Both the position numbers and the translations under genes were made by a program. The notes below the pieces were generated by a model. It was not told the origin of the DNA. It saw only the letters and a program-made list of their open reading frames with translations, and did no database searches. This document shows positions 1-13,900 of a stretch of DNA of 64,000 bases, piece after piece; position 1 is the first letter of the stretch; each line of letters begins with the position of its first letter. Origin of the DNA: Eledone cirrhosa (Eukaryota); the NCBI GenBank assembly GCA_964016885.1, contig OZ024758.1, positions 35,898,001 to 35,962,000 on the forward strand. The letters run 5' to 3'.

Positions 1-3000
1 TAAGTCATGGTACTAGCTGTCAGAAGTAACTCCAATGTTGGTGAGAATTCATTTAAGTTCATGGTATTAGCTGTCAGAAGTAACTCCACTGTTGGTGAGA
101 ATTCATTTAAGTTCATGGTATTAGCTGTCAGAAGTAACTCCACTGTTGGTGAGAATTCATTTAAGTTCATGGTACTAGCTGTCAGAAGTAACTCCACTGT
201 TGGTGAGAATTCATTTAAGTTCATGGTATTAGCTGTCAGAAGTAACTCCACTGTTGGTGAGAATTCATTTAAGTTCATGGTACTAGCTGTCAGAAGTAAC
301 TCCACTGTTGGTGAGAATTCATTTAAGTTCATGGTATTAGTTTGTCAGAAGTAACTCCACTGTTGGTGAGAATTCATTTAAGTCATGGTATTAGTTGTCA
401 GAAGTAACTCCAATGTTGGTGAGAATTCATTTAAGTTCATGGTACTAGCTGTCAGAAGTAAATCCACTGTTGGTGAGAATTCATTTAAGTTCATGGTATT
501 AGCTGTCAGAAGTAACTCCACTGTTGGTGAGAATTCATTTAAGTTCATGGTATTAGCTGTCAGAAGTAACTCCACTGTTGGTGAGAATTCATTTAAGTTC
601 ATGGTATTAGCTGTCAGAAGTAACTCCACTGTTGGTGAGAATTCATTTAAGTTCATGGTACTAGCTGTCAGAAGTAACTCCAATGTTGGTGAGAATTCAT
701 TTAAGTTCATGGTATTAGCTGTCAGAAGTAACTCCACTGTTGGTGAGAATTCATTTAAGTCATGGTATTAGCTGTCAGAAGTAACTCCACTGTTGGTGAG
801 AATTCATTTAAGTTCATGGTATTAGCTGTCAGAAGTAACTCCACTGTTGGTGAGAATTCATTTAAGTTCATGGTACTAGCTGTCAGAAGTAACTCCAATG
901 TTGGTGAGAATTCATTTAAGTTCATGGTATTAGCTGTCAGAAGTAACTCCACTGTTGGTGAGAATTCATTTAAGTCATGGTATTAGCTGTCAGAAGTAAC
1001 TCCACTGTTGGTGAGAATTCATTTAAGTTCATGGTATTAGCTGTCAGAAGTAACTCCACTGTTGGTGAGAATTCATTTAAGTTCATGGTATTAGCTGTCA
1101 GAAGTAACTCCACTGTTGGCGAGAATTCATTTAAGTTCATGGTATTAGTTTGTCAGAAGTAACTCCACTGTTGGTGAGAATTCATTTAAGTCATGGTATT
1201 AGTTGTCAGAAGTAACTCCAATGTTGGTGAGAATTCATTTAAGTTCATGGTACTAGCTATCAGAAGTAACTCCACTGTTGGTGAGAATTCATTTAAGTTC
1301 ATGGTAATAGCTGTCAGAAGTAACTCCACTGTTGGTGAGAATTCATTTAAGTCATGGTATTAGCTGTCAGAAGTAACTCCAATGTTGGTGAGAATTCATT
1401 TAAGTCATGGTACTAGCTGTCAGAAGTAACTCCAATGTTGGTGAGAATTCATTTAAGTTCATGGTACTAGCTGTCAGAAGTAACCCCAATGTTGGTGAGA
1501 ATTCATTTAAGTTCATGGTATTAGCTGTCAGAAGTCACTCCAATGTTGGTGAGAATTCATTTAAGTTCATGGTATTAGCTGTCAGAATTAACTCCACTGT
1601 TGGTAAGAATTCATTTAAGTTCATGGTATTAGCTGTCAGAAGTAACTCCAATGTTGGTGAGAATTCATTTAGGTTCATGGTATTAGCTGTCAGAAGTCAC
1701 TCCACTGTTGGTGAGAATTCATTTAAGTTCATGGTACTAGCTGGCAGAAGTAACCCCAATGTTGGTGAGAATTCATTTAAGTTCATGGTATTAGCTGTCA
1801 GAAGTCACTCCAATGTTGGTGAGAATTCATTTAAGTTCATGGTATTAGCTGTCAGAAGTAACTCCACTGTTGGTGAGAATTCATTTATGTTCATGGTATT
1901 AGTTTGTCAGAAGTAACTCCACTGTTGGTGAGAATTCATTTAAGTTCATGGTATTAGCTGTCAGAATTAACTCCACTGTTGGTAAGAATTCATTTAAGTT
2001 CATGGTATTAGCTGTCAGAAGTAACTCCAATGTTGGTGAGAATTCATTTAGGTTCATGGTATTAGCTGTCAGAAGTCACTCCACTGTTGGTGAGAATTCA
2101 TTTAAGTCATGGTACTAGCTGTCAGAAGTACTCCAATGTTGGTGAGAATTCATTTAAGTTCATGGTATTAGCTGTCAGAAGGAACTCCACTGTTGGTGAG
2201 AATTCATTTAAGTTCATGGTATTAGCTGTCAGAAGGAACTCCACTGTTGGTGAGAATTCATTTAAGTTCATGGTATTAGCTGTCAGAAGTAACTCCACTG
2301 TTGGTGAGAATTCATTTAAGTTCATGCTACTAGCTGTCAGAAGTAACTCCAATGTTGGTGAGAATTCATTTAAGTTCATGGTATTAGCTGTCAGAAGTAA
2401 CTCCACTGTTGGTGAGAATTCAGTTAAGCCATGGTATTAGCTGTCAGTAGTAACTCCAATGTTGGTGAGAATTCATTTAAGTTCATGGTATTAGCTGTCA
2501 GAAGTAACTCCACTGTTGGTGAGAATTCATTTAAGTTCATGGTATTAGCTGTCAGAAGTAACTCCACTGTTGGTGAGAATTCATTTAAGTTCATGGTACT
2601 AGCTGTCAGAAGTAACTCCACTGTTGGTGAGAATTCATTTAAGTTCATGGTATTAGTTTGTCAGAAGTAACTCCACTGTTGGTGGGAATTCATTTAAGTC
2701 ATGGTATTAGTTGTCAGAAGTAACTCCAATGTTGGTGAGAATTCATTTAAGTTCATGGTACTAGCTGTCAGAAGTAAATCCACTGTTGGTGAGAATTCAT
2801 TTAAGTTCATGGTATTAGCTGTCAGAAGTAACTCCACTGTTGGTGAGAATTCATTTAAGTCATGGTATTAGCTGTCAGAAGTAACTCCAATGTTGGTGAG
2901 AATTCATTTAAGTCATGGTACTAGCTGTCAGAAGTAACTCCAATGTTGGTGAGAATTCATTTAAGTTCATGGTATTAGCTGGCAGAAGTAACTCCACTGT

Positions 3001-6000
3001 TGGTGAGAATTCGTTTAAGTTCATGGTATTAGCTGTCAGAAGTAACTCCACTGTTGGTGAGAATTCATTTAAGTTCATGGTATTAGCTGTCAGAAGTAAC
3101 TCCACTGTTGGTGAGAATTCATTTAAGTTCATGGTATTAGCTGTCAGAAGTAACTCCACTGTTGGTGAGAATTCATTTAAGTTCATGGTATTAGCTGTCA
3201 GAAGGAACTCCAATGTTGGTGAGAATTCATTTAAGTCATGGTACTAGCTGTCAGAAGTAACTCCACTGTTGGTGAGAATTCATTTAAGTTCATGGTATTA
3301 GCTGTCAGAAGGAACGCCACTGTTGGTGAGAATTCATTTAAGTTCATGGTACTAGCTGTCAGAAGTAACTCCACTGTTGGTGAGAATTCATTTAAGTTCA
3401 TGGTATTAGCTGTCAGAAGTCACTCCAATGTTGGTGAGAATTCATTTAGGTTCATGGTATTAGCTGTCAGAAGTCACTCCACTGTTGGTGAGAATTCATT
3501 TAAGTTCATGGTACTAGCTGGCAGAAGTAACCCCAATGTTGGTGAGAATTCATTTAAGTTCATGGTATTAGCTGTCAGAAGTCACTCCAATGTTGGTGAG
3601 AATTCATTTAAGTTCATGGTATTAGCTGTCAGAAGTAACTCCACTGTTGGTGAGAATTCATTTATGTTCATGGTATTAGTTTGTCAGAAGTAACTCCACT
3701 GTTGGTGAGAATTCATTTAAGTCATGGTATTAGTTGTCAGAAGTAACTCCAATGTTGGTGAGAATTCATTTAAGTTCATGGTATTAGCTGTCAGAAGGAA
3801 CTCCACTGTTGGTGAGAATTCATTTAAGTTCATGGTATTAGCTGTCAGAAGGAACTCCAATGTTGGTGAGAATTCATTTAAGTCATGGTACTAGCTGTCA
3901 GAAGTAACTCCACTGTTGGTGAGAATTCATTTAAGTTCATGGTATTAGCTGTCAGAAGGAACGCCACTGTTGGTGAGCATTCATTTAAGTTCATGGTATT
4001 AGCTGTCAGAAGTAACTCCACTGTTGGTGAGAATTCATTTAAGTTCATGGTACTAGCTGTCAGAAGTAACTCCAATGTTGGTGAGAATTCATTTAAGTTC
4101 ATGGTATTAGCTGTCAGAAGGAACTCCACTGTTGGTGAGAATTCATTTAAGTTCATGGTATTAGCTGTCAGAAGTAACTCCACTGTTGGTGAGAATTCAT
4201 TTAAGTCATGGTATTAGCTGTCAGAAGTAACTCCATTGTTGGTGAGAATTCAATTAAGTCATGGTACTAGCTGTCAGAAGTAACTCCAATGTTGGTGAGA
4301 ATTCATTTAAGTTCATGTTATTAGCTGTCAGAAGGAACTCCACTGTTGGTGAGAATTCATTTAAGTTCATGGTATTAGCTGTCAGAAGTAACTCCACTGT
4401 TGGTGAGAATTCATTTAAGTTCATGGTATTAGCTGTCAGAAGTAACTGCACCGTTGGTGAGAATTCATTTAAGTTCATGGTACTAGCTGTCAGAAGTAAC
4501 TCCAATGTTGGTGAGAATTCATTTAAGTTGATGGTATTAGCTGTCAGAAGTAACTCCACTGTTGGTGAGAATTCATTTAAGTTCATGGTATTAGCTGTCA
4601 GAAGTAACTCCACTGTTGGTGAGAATTCATTTAAGTTCATGGTATTAGCTGTCAGAAGTAACTCCACTGTTGGTGAGAATTCATTTAAGTTCATGGTACT
4701 AGCTGTCAGAAGTAACTCCAATGTTGGTGAGAATTCATTTAAGTTCATGGTATTAGCTGTCAGAAGTAACTCCACTGTTGGTGAGAATTCATTTAAGTCA
4801 TGGTATTAGCTGTCAGAAGTAACTCCACTGTTGGTGAGAATTCATTTAAGTTCATGGTATTAGCTGTCAGAAGTAACTCCACTGTTGGTGAGAATTCATT
4901 TAAGTTCATGGTACTAGCTGTCAGAAGTAACTCCAATGTTGGTGAGAATTCATTTAAGTTCATGGTATTAGCTGTCAGAAGTAACTCCACTGTTGGTGAG
5001 AATTCATTTAAGTCATAGTATTAGCTGTCAGAAGTAACTCCACTGTTGGTGAGAATTCATTTAAGTTCATGGTATTAGCTGTCAGAAGTAACTCCACTGT
5101 TGGTGAGAATTCATTTAAGTTCATGGTATTAGCTGTCAGAAGTAACTCCACTGTTGGTGAGAATTCATTTAAGTTCATGGTATTAGTTTGTCAGAAGTAA
5201 CTCCACTGTTGGTGAGAATTCATTTAAGTCATGGTATTAGTTGTCAGAAGTAACTCCAATGTTGGTGAGAATTCATTTAAGTTCATGGTACTAGCTGTCA
5301 GAAGTAACTCCACTGTTGGTGAGAATTCATTTAAGTTCATGGTAATAGCTGTCAGAAGTAACTACACTGTTGGTGAGAATTCATTTAAGTCATGGTATTA
5401 GCTGTCAGAAGTAACTCCAATGTTGGTGAGAATTCATTTAAGTCATGGTACTAGCTGTCAGAAGTAACTCCAATGTTGGTGAGAATTCATTTAAGTTCAT
5501 GGTATTAGCTGTCAGAAGTAACTCCACTGTTGGTGAGAATTCATTTAAGTTCATGGTATTAGCTGTCAGAAGTAACTCCACTGTTGGTGAGAATTCATTT
5601 AAGTTCATGGTACTAGCTGTCAGAAGTAACTCCACTGTTGGTGAGAATTCATTTAAGTTCATGGTATTAGCTGTCAGAAGTAACTCCACTGTTGGTGAGA
5701 ATTCATTTAAGTTCATGGTACTAGCTGTCAGAAGTAACTCCACTGTTGGTGAGAATTCATTTAAGTTCATGGTATTAGTTTGTCAGAAGTAACTCCACTG
5801 TTGGTGAGAATTCATTTAAGTCATGGTATTAGTTGTCAGAAGTAACTCCAATGTTGGTGAGAATTCATTTAAGTTCATGGTACTAGCTGTCAGAAGTAAA
5901 TCCACTGTTGGTGAGAATTCATTTAAGTTCATGGTATTAGCTGTCAGAAGTAACTCCACTGTTGGTGAGAATTCATTTAAGTTCATGGTATTAGCTGTCA

Positions 6001-7490
6001 GAAGTAACTCCACTGTTGGTGAGAATTCATTTAAGTTCATGGTATTAGCTGTCAGAAGTAACTCCACTGTTGGTGAGAATTCATTTAAGTTCATGGTACT
6101 AGCTGTCAGAAGTAACTCCAATGTTGGTGAGAATTCATTTAAGTTCATGGTATTAGCTGTCAGAAGTAACTCCACTGTTGGTGAGAATTCATTTAAGTCA
6201 TGGTATTAGCTGTCAGAAGTAACTCCACTGTTGGTGAGAATTCATTTAAGTTCATGGTATTAGCTGTCAGAAGTAACTCCACTGTTGGTGAGAATTCATT
6301 TAAGTTCATGGTACTAGCTGTCAGAAGTAACTCCAATGTTGGTGAGAATTCATTTAAGTTCATGGTATTAGCTGTCAGAAGTAACTCCACTGTTGGTGAG
6401 AATTCATTTAAGTCATGGTATTAGCTGTCAGAAGTAACTCCACTGTTGGTGAGAATTCATTTAAGTTCATGGTATTAGCTGTCAGAAGTAACTCCACTGT
6501 TGGTGAGAATTCATTTAAGTTCATGGTATTAGCTGTCAGAAGTAACTCCACTGTTGGCGAGAATTCATTTAAGTTCATGGTATTAGTTTGTCAGAAGTAA
6601 CTCCACTGTTGGTGAGAATTCATTTAAGTCATGGTATTAGTTGTCAGAAGTAACTCCAATGTTGGTGAGAATTCATTTAAGTTCATGGTACTAGCTGTCA
6701 GAAGTAACTCCACTGTTGGTGAGAATTCATTTAAGTTCATGGTAATAGCTGTCAGAAGTAACTCCACTGTTGGTGAGAATTCATTTAAGTCATGGTACTA
6801 GCTGTCAGAAGTAACTCCAATGTTGGTGAGAATTCATTTAAGTTCATGGTACTAGCTGTCAGAAGTAACCCCAATGTTGGTGAGAATTCATTTAAGTTCA
6901 TGGTATTAGCTGTCAGAAGTCACTCCAATGTTGGTGAGAATTCATTTAAGTTCATGGTATTAGCTGTCAGAATTAACTCCACTGTTGGTAAGAATTCATT
7001 TAAGTTCATGGTATTAGCTGTCAGAAGTAACTCCAATGTTGGTGAGAATTCATTTAGGTTCATGGTATTAGCTGTCAGAAGTCACTCCACTGTTGGTGAG
7101 AATTCATTTAAGTTCATGGTACTAGCTGGCAGAAGTAACCCCAATGTTGGTGAGAATTCATTTAAGTTCATGGTATTAGCTGTCAGAAGTCACTCCAATG
7201 TTGGTGAGAATTCATTTAAGTTCATGGTATTAGCTGTCAGAAGTAACTCCACTGTTGGTGAGAATTCATTTATGTTCATGGTATTAGTTTGTCAGAAGTA
7301 ACTCCACTGTTGGTGAGAATTCATTTAAGTTCATGGTATTAGCTGTCAGAATTAACTCCACTGTTGGTAAGAATTCATTTAAGTTCATGGTATTAGCTGT
7401 CAGAAGTAACTCCAATGTTGGTGAGAATTCATTTAGGTTCATGGTATTAGCTGTCAGAAGTCACTCCACTGTTGGTGAGAATTCATTTAA
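1..7490. repeat. Block duplication: ~1-2100 repeated at ~5439-7490 (offset 5438, then 5385 after loss of one 53-bp monomer)
   Basis: ORF pairs 7/5445, 385/5823, 762/6200, 977/6415 (offset 5438) and 1407/6792 (offset 5385). The private variant GGCGAG lies at 1120 and 6558. Confidence 0.9.
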
Positions 7491-10400
7491 GTTCATGGTA
7501 CTAGCTGGCAGAAGTAACCCCAATGTTGGTGAGAATTCATTTAAGTTCATGGTATTAGCTGTCAGAAGTCACTCCAATGTTGGTGAGAATTCATTTAAGT
7601 TCATGGTATTAGCTGTCAGAAGTAACTCCACTGTTGGTGAGAATTCATTTAAGTCATGGTATTAGTTGTCAGAAGTAACTCCAATGTTGGTGAGAATTCA
7701 TTTAAGTTCATGGTATTAGCTGTCAGAAGGAACTCCACTGTTGGTGAGAATTCATTTAAGTTCATGGTATTAGCTGTCAGAAGGAACTCCAATGTTGGTG
7801 AGAATTCATTTAAGTCATGGTACTAGCTGTCAGAAGTAACTCCACTGTTGGTGAGAATTCATTTAAGTTCATGGTATTAGCTGTCAGAAGGAACGCCACT
7901 GTTGGTGAGAATTCATTTAAGTTCATGGTATTAGCTGTCAGAAGTAACTCCACTGTTGGTGAGAATTCATTTAAGTTCATGGTACTAGCTGTCAGAAGTA
8001 ACTCCAATGTTGGTGAGAATTCATTTAAGTTCATGGTATTAGCTGTCAGAAGGAACTCCACTGTTGGTGAGAATTCATTTAAGTTCATGGTATTAGCTGT
8101 CAGAAGTAACTCCACTGTTGGTGAGAATTCATTTAAGTCATGGTATTAGCTGTCAGAAGTAACTCCATTGTTGGTGAGAATTCAATTAAGTCATGGTACT
8201 AGCTGTCAGAAGTAACTCCAATGTTGGTGAGAATTCATTTAAGTTCATGTTATTAGCTGTCAGAAGGAACTCCACTGTTGGTGAGAATTCATTTAAGTTC
8301 ATGGTATTAGCTGTCAGAAGTAACTCCACTGTTGGTGAGAATTCATTTAAGTTCATGGTATTAGCTGTCAGAAGTAACTGCACCGTTGGTGAGAATTCAT
8401 TTAAGTTCATGGTACTAGCTGTCAGAAGTAACTCCAATGTTGGTGAGAATTCATTTAAGTTCATGGTATTAGCTGTCAGAAGTAACTCCACTGTTGGTGA
8501 GAATTCATTTAAGTTCATGGTATTAGCTGTCAGAAGTAACTCCACTGTTGGTGAGAATTCATTTAAGTTCATGGTATTAGCTGTCAGAAGTAACTCCACT
8601 GTTGGTGAGAATTCATTTAAGTTCATGGTACTAGCTGTCAGAAGTAACTCCAATGTTGGTGAGAATTCATTTAAGTTCATGGTATTAGCTGTCAGAAGTA
8701 ACTCCACTGTTGGTGAGAATTCATTTAAGTCATGGTATTAGCTGTCAGAAGTAACTCCACTGTTGGTGAGAATTCATTTAAGTTCATGGTATTAGCTGTC
8801 AGAAGTAACTCCACTGTTGGTGAGAATTCATTTAAGTTCATGGTACTAGCTGTCAGAAGTAACTCCAATGTTGGTGAGAATTCATTTAAGTTCATGGTAT
8901 TAGCTGTCAGAAGTAACTCCACTGTTGGTGAGAATTCATTTAAGTCATGGTATTAGCTGTCAGAAGTAACTCCACTGTTGGTGAGAATTCATTTAAGTTC
9001 ATGGTATTAGCTGTCAGAAGTAACTCCACTGTTGGTGAGAATTCATTTAAGTTCATGGTATTAGCTGTCAGAAGTAACTCCACTGTTGGTGAGAATTCAT
9101 TTAAGTTCATGGTATTAGTTTGTCAGAAGTAACTCCACTGTTGGTGAGAATTCATTTAAGTCATGGTATTAGTTGTCAGAAGTAACTCCAATGTTGGTGA
9201 GAATTCATTTAAGTTCATGGTACTAGCTGTCAGAAGTAACTCCACTGTTGGTGAGAATTCATTTAAGTTCATGGTAATAGCTGTCAGAAGTAACTCCACT
9301 GTTGGTGAGAATTCATTTAAGTCATGGTATTAGCTGTCAGAAGTAACTCCAATGTTGGTGAGAATTCATTTAAGTCATGGTACTAGCTGTCAGAAGTAAC
9401 TCCAATGTTGGTGAGAATTCATTTAAGTTCATGGTATTAGCTGTCAGAAGTAACTCCACTGTTGGTGAGAATTCATTTAAGTTCATGGTATTAGCTGTCA
9501 GAAGTAACTCCACTGTTGGTGAGAATTCATTTAAGTTCATGGTACTAGCTGTCAGAAGTAACTCCACTGTTGGTGAGAATTCATTTAAGTTCATGGTATT
9601 AGCTGTCAGAAGTAACTCCACTGTTGGTGAGAATTCATTTAAGTTCATGGTACTAGCTGTCAGAAGTAACTCCACTGTTGGTGAGAATTCATTTAAGTTC
9701 ATGGTATTAGTTTGTCAGAAGTAACTCCACTGTTGGTGAGAATTCATTTAAGTCATGGTATTAGTTGTCAGAAGTAACTCCAATGTTGGTGAGAATTCAT
9801 TTAAGTTCATGGTACTAGCTGTCAGAAGTAAATCCACTGTTGGTGAGAATTCATTTAAGTTCATGGTATTAGCTGTCAGAAGTAACTCCACTGTTGGTGA
9901 GAATTCATTTAAGTTCATGGTATCAGCTGTCAGAAGTAACTCCACTGTTGGTGAGAATTCATTTAAGTTCATGGTATTAGCTGTCAGAAGTAACTCCACT
10001 GTTGGTGAGAATTCATTTAAGTTCATGGTACTAGCTGTCAGAAGTAACTCCAATGTTGGTGAGAATTCATTTAAGTTCATGGTATTAGCTGTCAGAAGTA
10101 ACTCCACTGTTGGTGAGAATTCATTTAAGTCATGGTATTAGCTGTCAGAAGTAACTCCACTGTTGGTGAGAATTCATTTAAGTTCATGGTATTAGCTGTC
10201 AGAAGTAACTCCACTGTTGGTGAGAATTCATTTAAGTTCATGGTACTAGCTGTCAGAAGTAACTCCAATGTTGGTGAGAATTCATTTAAGTTCATGGTAT
10301 TAGCTGTCAGAAGTAACTCCACTGTTGGTGAGAATTCATTTAAGTCATGGTATTAGCTGTCAGAAGTAACTCCACTGTTGGTGAGAATTCATTTAAGTTC

Positions 10401-10990
10401 ATGGTATTAGCTGTCAGAAGTAACTCCACTGTTGGTGAGAATTCATTTAAGTTCATGGTATTAGCTGTCAGAAGTAACTCCACTGTTGGTGAGAATTCAT
10501 TTAAGTTCATGGTATTAGTTTGTCAGAAGTAACTCCACTGTTGGTGAGAATTCATTTAAGTCATGGTATTAGTTGTCAGAAGTAACTCCAATGTTGGTGA
10601 GAATTCATTTAAGTTCATGGTACTAGCTGTCAGAAGTAACTCCACTGTTGGTGAGAATTCATTTAAGTTCATGGTAATAGCTGTCAGAAGTAACTCCACT
10701 GTTGGTGAGAATTCATTTAAGTCATGGTATTAGCTGTCAGAAGTAACTCCAATGTTGGTGAGAATTCATTTAAGTCATGGTACTAGCTGTCAGAAGTAAC
10801 TCCAATGTTGGTGAGAATTCATTTAAGTTCATGGTACTAGCTGTCAGAAGTAACCCCAATGTTGGTGAGAATTCATTTAAGTTCATGGTATTAGCTGTCA
10901 GAAGTCACTCCAATGTTGGTGAGAATTCATTTAAGTTCATGGTATTAGCTGTCAGAATTAACTCCACTGTTGGTAAGAATTCATTTAAGT
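3724..10990. repeat. Block duplication: ~3724-7000 repeated at ~7656-10990 (offset 3932, about 73 monomers)
   Basis: ORF pairs 3885/7817, 4261/8193, 4800/8732, 5445/9377, 5823/9755, 6200/10132 and 6415/10347 all differ by 3932, with the same order of variants. Confidence 0.9.
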
Positions 10991-13900
10991 TCATGGTATT
11001 AGCTGTCAGAAGTAACTCCACTGTTGGTGAGAATTCATTTAAGTTCATGGTATTAGCTGTCAGAAGGAACGCCACTGTTGGTGAGAATTCATTTAAGTTC
11101 ATGGTATTAGCTGTCAGAAGTAACTCCACTGTTGGTGAGAATTCATTTAAGTTCATGCTACTAGCTGTCAGAAGTAACTCCTATGTTGGTGAGAATTCAT
11201 TTAAGTTCATGGTATTAGCTGTCAGAAGGAACTCCACTGTTGCTGAGAATTCATTTAAGGTCATGGTATTAGCTGTCAGAAGTAACTCCACTGTTGGTGA
11301 GAATTCATTTAAGTTCATGGTGCTAGCTGTCAGAAGTAACTCCACTGTTGGTGAGAATTCATTTAAGTTCATGGTATTAGCTGTCAGAAGTAACTCCACT
11401 GTTGGTGAGAATTCATTTAAGTTCATGGTATTAGCTGTCAGAAGTAACTCCACTGTTGGTGAGAATTCATTTAAGTTCATGGTACTAGCTGTCAGAAGTA
11501 ACTCCAATGTTGGTGAGAATTCATTTAAGTTCATGGTATTAGCTGTCAGAAGTAACTCCACTGTTGGTGAGAATTCAGTTAAGCCATGGTATTAGCTGTC
11601 AGAAGTAACTCCAATGTTGGTGAGAATTCATTTAAGTTCATGGTATTAGCTGTCAGAAGTAACTCCACTGTTGGTGAGAATTCATTTAAGTTCATGGTAT
11701 TAGCTGTCAGAAGTAACTCCACTGTTGGTGAGAATTCATTTAAGTTCATGGTACTAGCTGTCAGAAGTAACTCCACTGTTGGTGAGAATTCATTTAAGTT
11801 CATGGTATTAGTTTGTCAGAAGTAACTCCACTGTTGGTGAGAATTCATTTAAGTCATGGTATTAGTTGTCAGAAGTAACTCCAATGTTGGTGAGAATTCA
11901 TTTAAGTTCATGGTACTAGCTGTCAGAAGTAAATCCACTGTTGGTGAGAATTCATTTAAGTTCATGGTATTAGCTGTCAGAAGTAACTCCACTATTGGTG
12001 AGAATTCATTTAAGTCATGGTATTAGCTGTCAGAAGTAACTCCAATGTTGGTGAGAATTCATTTAAGTCATGGTATTAGCTGTCAGAAGTAACTCCAATG
12101 TTGGTGAGAATTCATTTAAGTCATGGTACTAGCTGTCAGAAGTAACTCCAATGTTGGTGAGAATTCATTTAAGTTCATGGTATTAGCTGTCAGAAGTAAC
12201 TCCACTGTTGGTGAGAATTCGTTTAAGTTCATGGTATTAGCTGTCAGAAGTAACTCCACTGTTGGTGAGAATTCATTTAAGTTCATGGTATTAGCTGTCA
12301 GAAGTAACTCCACTGTTGGTGAGAATTCATTTAAGTTCATGGTATTAGCTGTCAGAAGTAACTCCACTGTTGGTGAGAATTCATTTAAGTTCATGGTATT
12401 AGCTGTCAGAAGGAACTCCAATGTTGGTGAGAATTCATTTAAGTCATGGTACTAGCTGTCAGAAGTAACTCCACTGTTGGTGAGAATTCATTTAAGTTCA
12501 TGGTATTAGCTGTCAGAAGGAACGCCACTGTTGGTGAGAATTCATTTAAGTTCATGGTATTAGCTGTCAGAAGTAACTCCACTGTTGGTGAGAATTCATT
12601 TAAGTTCATGGTACTAGCTGTCAGAAGTAACTCCAATGTTGGTGAGAATTCATTTAAGTTCATGGTATTAGCTGTCAGAAGGAACTCCACTGTTGCTGAG
12701 AATTCATTTAAGTTCATGGTATTAGCTGTCAGAAGTAACTCCACTGTTGGTGAGAATTCATTTAAGTTCATGGTACTAGCTGTCAGAAGTAACTCCACTG
12801 TTGGTGAGAATTCATTTAAGTTCATGGTATTAGCTGTCAGAAGTCACTCCAATGTTGGTGAGAATTCATTTAGGTTCATGGTATTAGCTGTCAGAAGTCA
12901 CTCCACTGTTGGTGAGAATTCATTTAAGTTCATGGTATTAGCTGTCAGAAGTAACTCCACTGTTGGTGAGAATTCATTTATGTTCATGGTATTAGTTTGT
13001 CAGAAGTAACTCCACTGTTGGTGAGAATTCATTTAAGTCATGGTATTAGTTGTCAGAAGTAACTCCAATGTTGGTGAGAATTCATTTAAGTTCATGGTAT
13101 TAGCTGTCAGAAGGAACTCCACTGTTGGTGAGAATTCATTTAAGTTCATGGTATTAGCTGTCAGAAGGAACTCCAATGTTGGTGAGAATTCATTTAAGTC
13201 ATGGTACTAGCTGTCAGAAGTAACTCCACTGTTGGTGAGAATTCATTTAAGTTCATGGTATTAGCTGTCAGAAGGAACGCCACTGTTGGTGAGAATTCAT
13301 TTAAGTTCATGGTATTAGCTGTCAGAAGTAACTCCACTGTTGGTGAGAATTCATTTAAGTTCATGGTACTAGCTGTCAGAAGTAACTCCAATGTTGGTGA
13401 GAATTCATTTAAGTTCATGGTATTAGCTGTCAGAAGGAACTCCACTGTTGGTGAGAATTCATTTAAGTTCATGGTATTAGCTGTCAGAAGTAACTCCACT
13501 GTTGGTGAGAATTCATTTAAGTCATGGTATTAGCTGTCAGAAGTAACTCCATTGTTGGTGAGAATTCAATTAAGTCATGGTACTAGCTGTCAGAAGTAAC
13601 TCCAATGTTGGTGAGAATTCATTTAAGTTCATGTTATTAGCTGTCAGAAGGAACTCCACTGTTGGTGAGAATTCATTTAAGTTCATGGTATTAGCTGTCA
13701 GAAGTAACTGCACCGTTGGTGAGAATTCATTTATGTTCATGGTATTAGTTTGTCAGAAGTAACTCCACTGTTGGTGAGAATTCATTTAAGTCATGGTATT
13801 AGTTGTCAGAAGTAACTCCAATGTTGGTGAGAATTCATTTAAGTTCATGGTATTAGCTGTCAGAAGGAACTCCACTGTTGGTGAGAATTCATTTAAGTTC

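Noticed and set aside
2125-2135. Singleton 1-bp deletions (GAAGTACTCC near 2130; also AAGTAATCC near 33836)
   Set aside because: Each was seen once and not in the homologous blocks, so it cannot be distinguished from a consensus or sequencing error.
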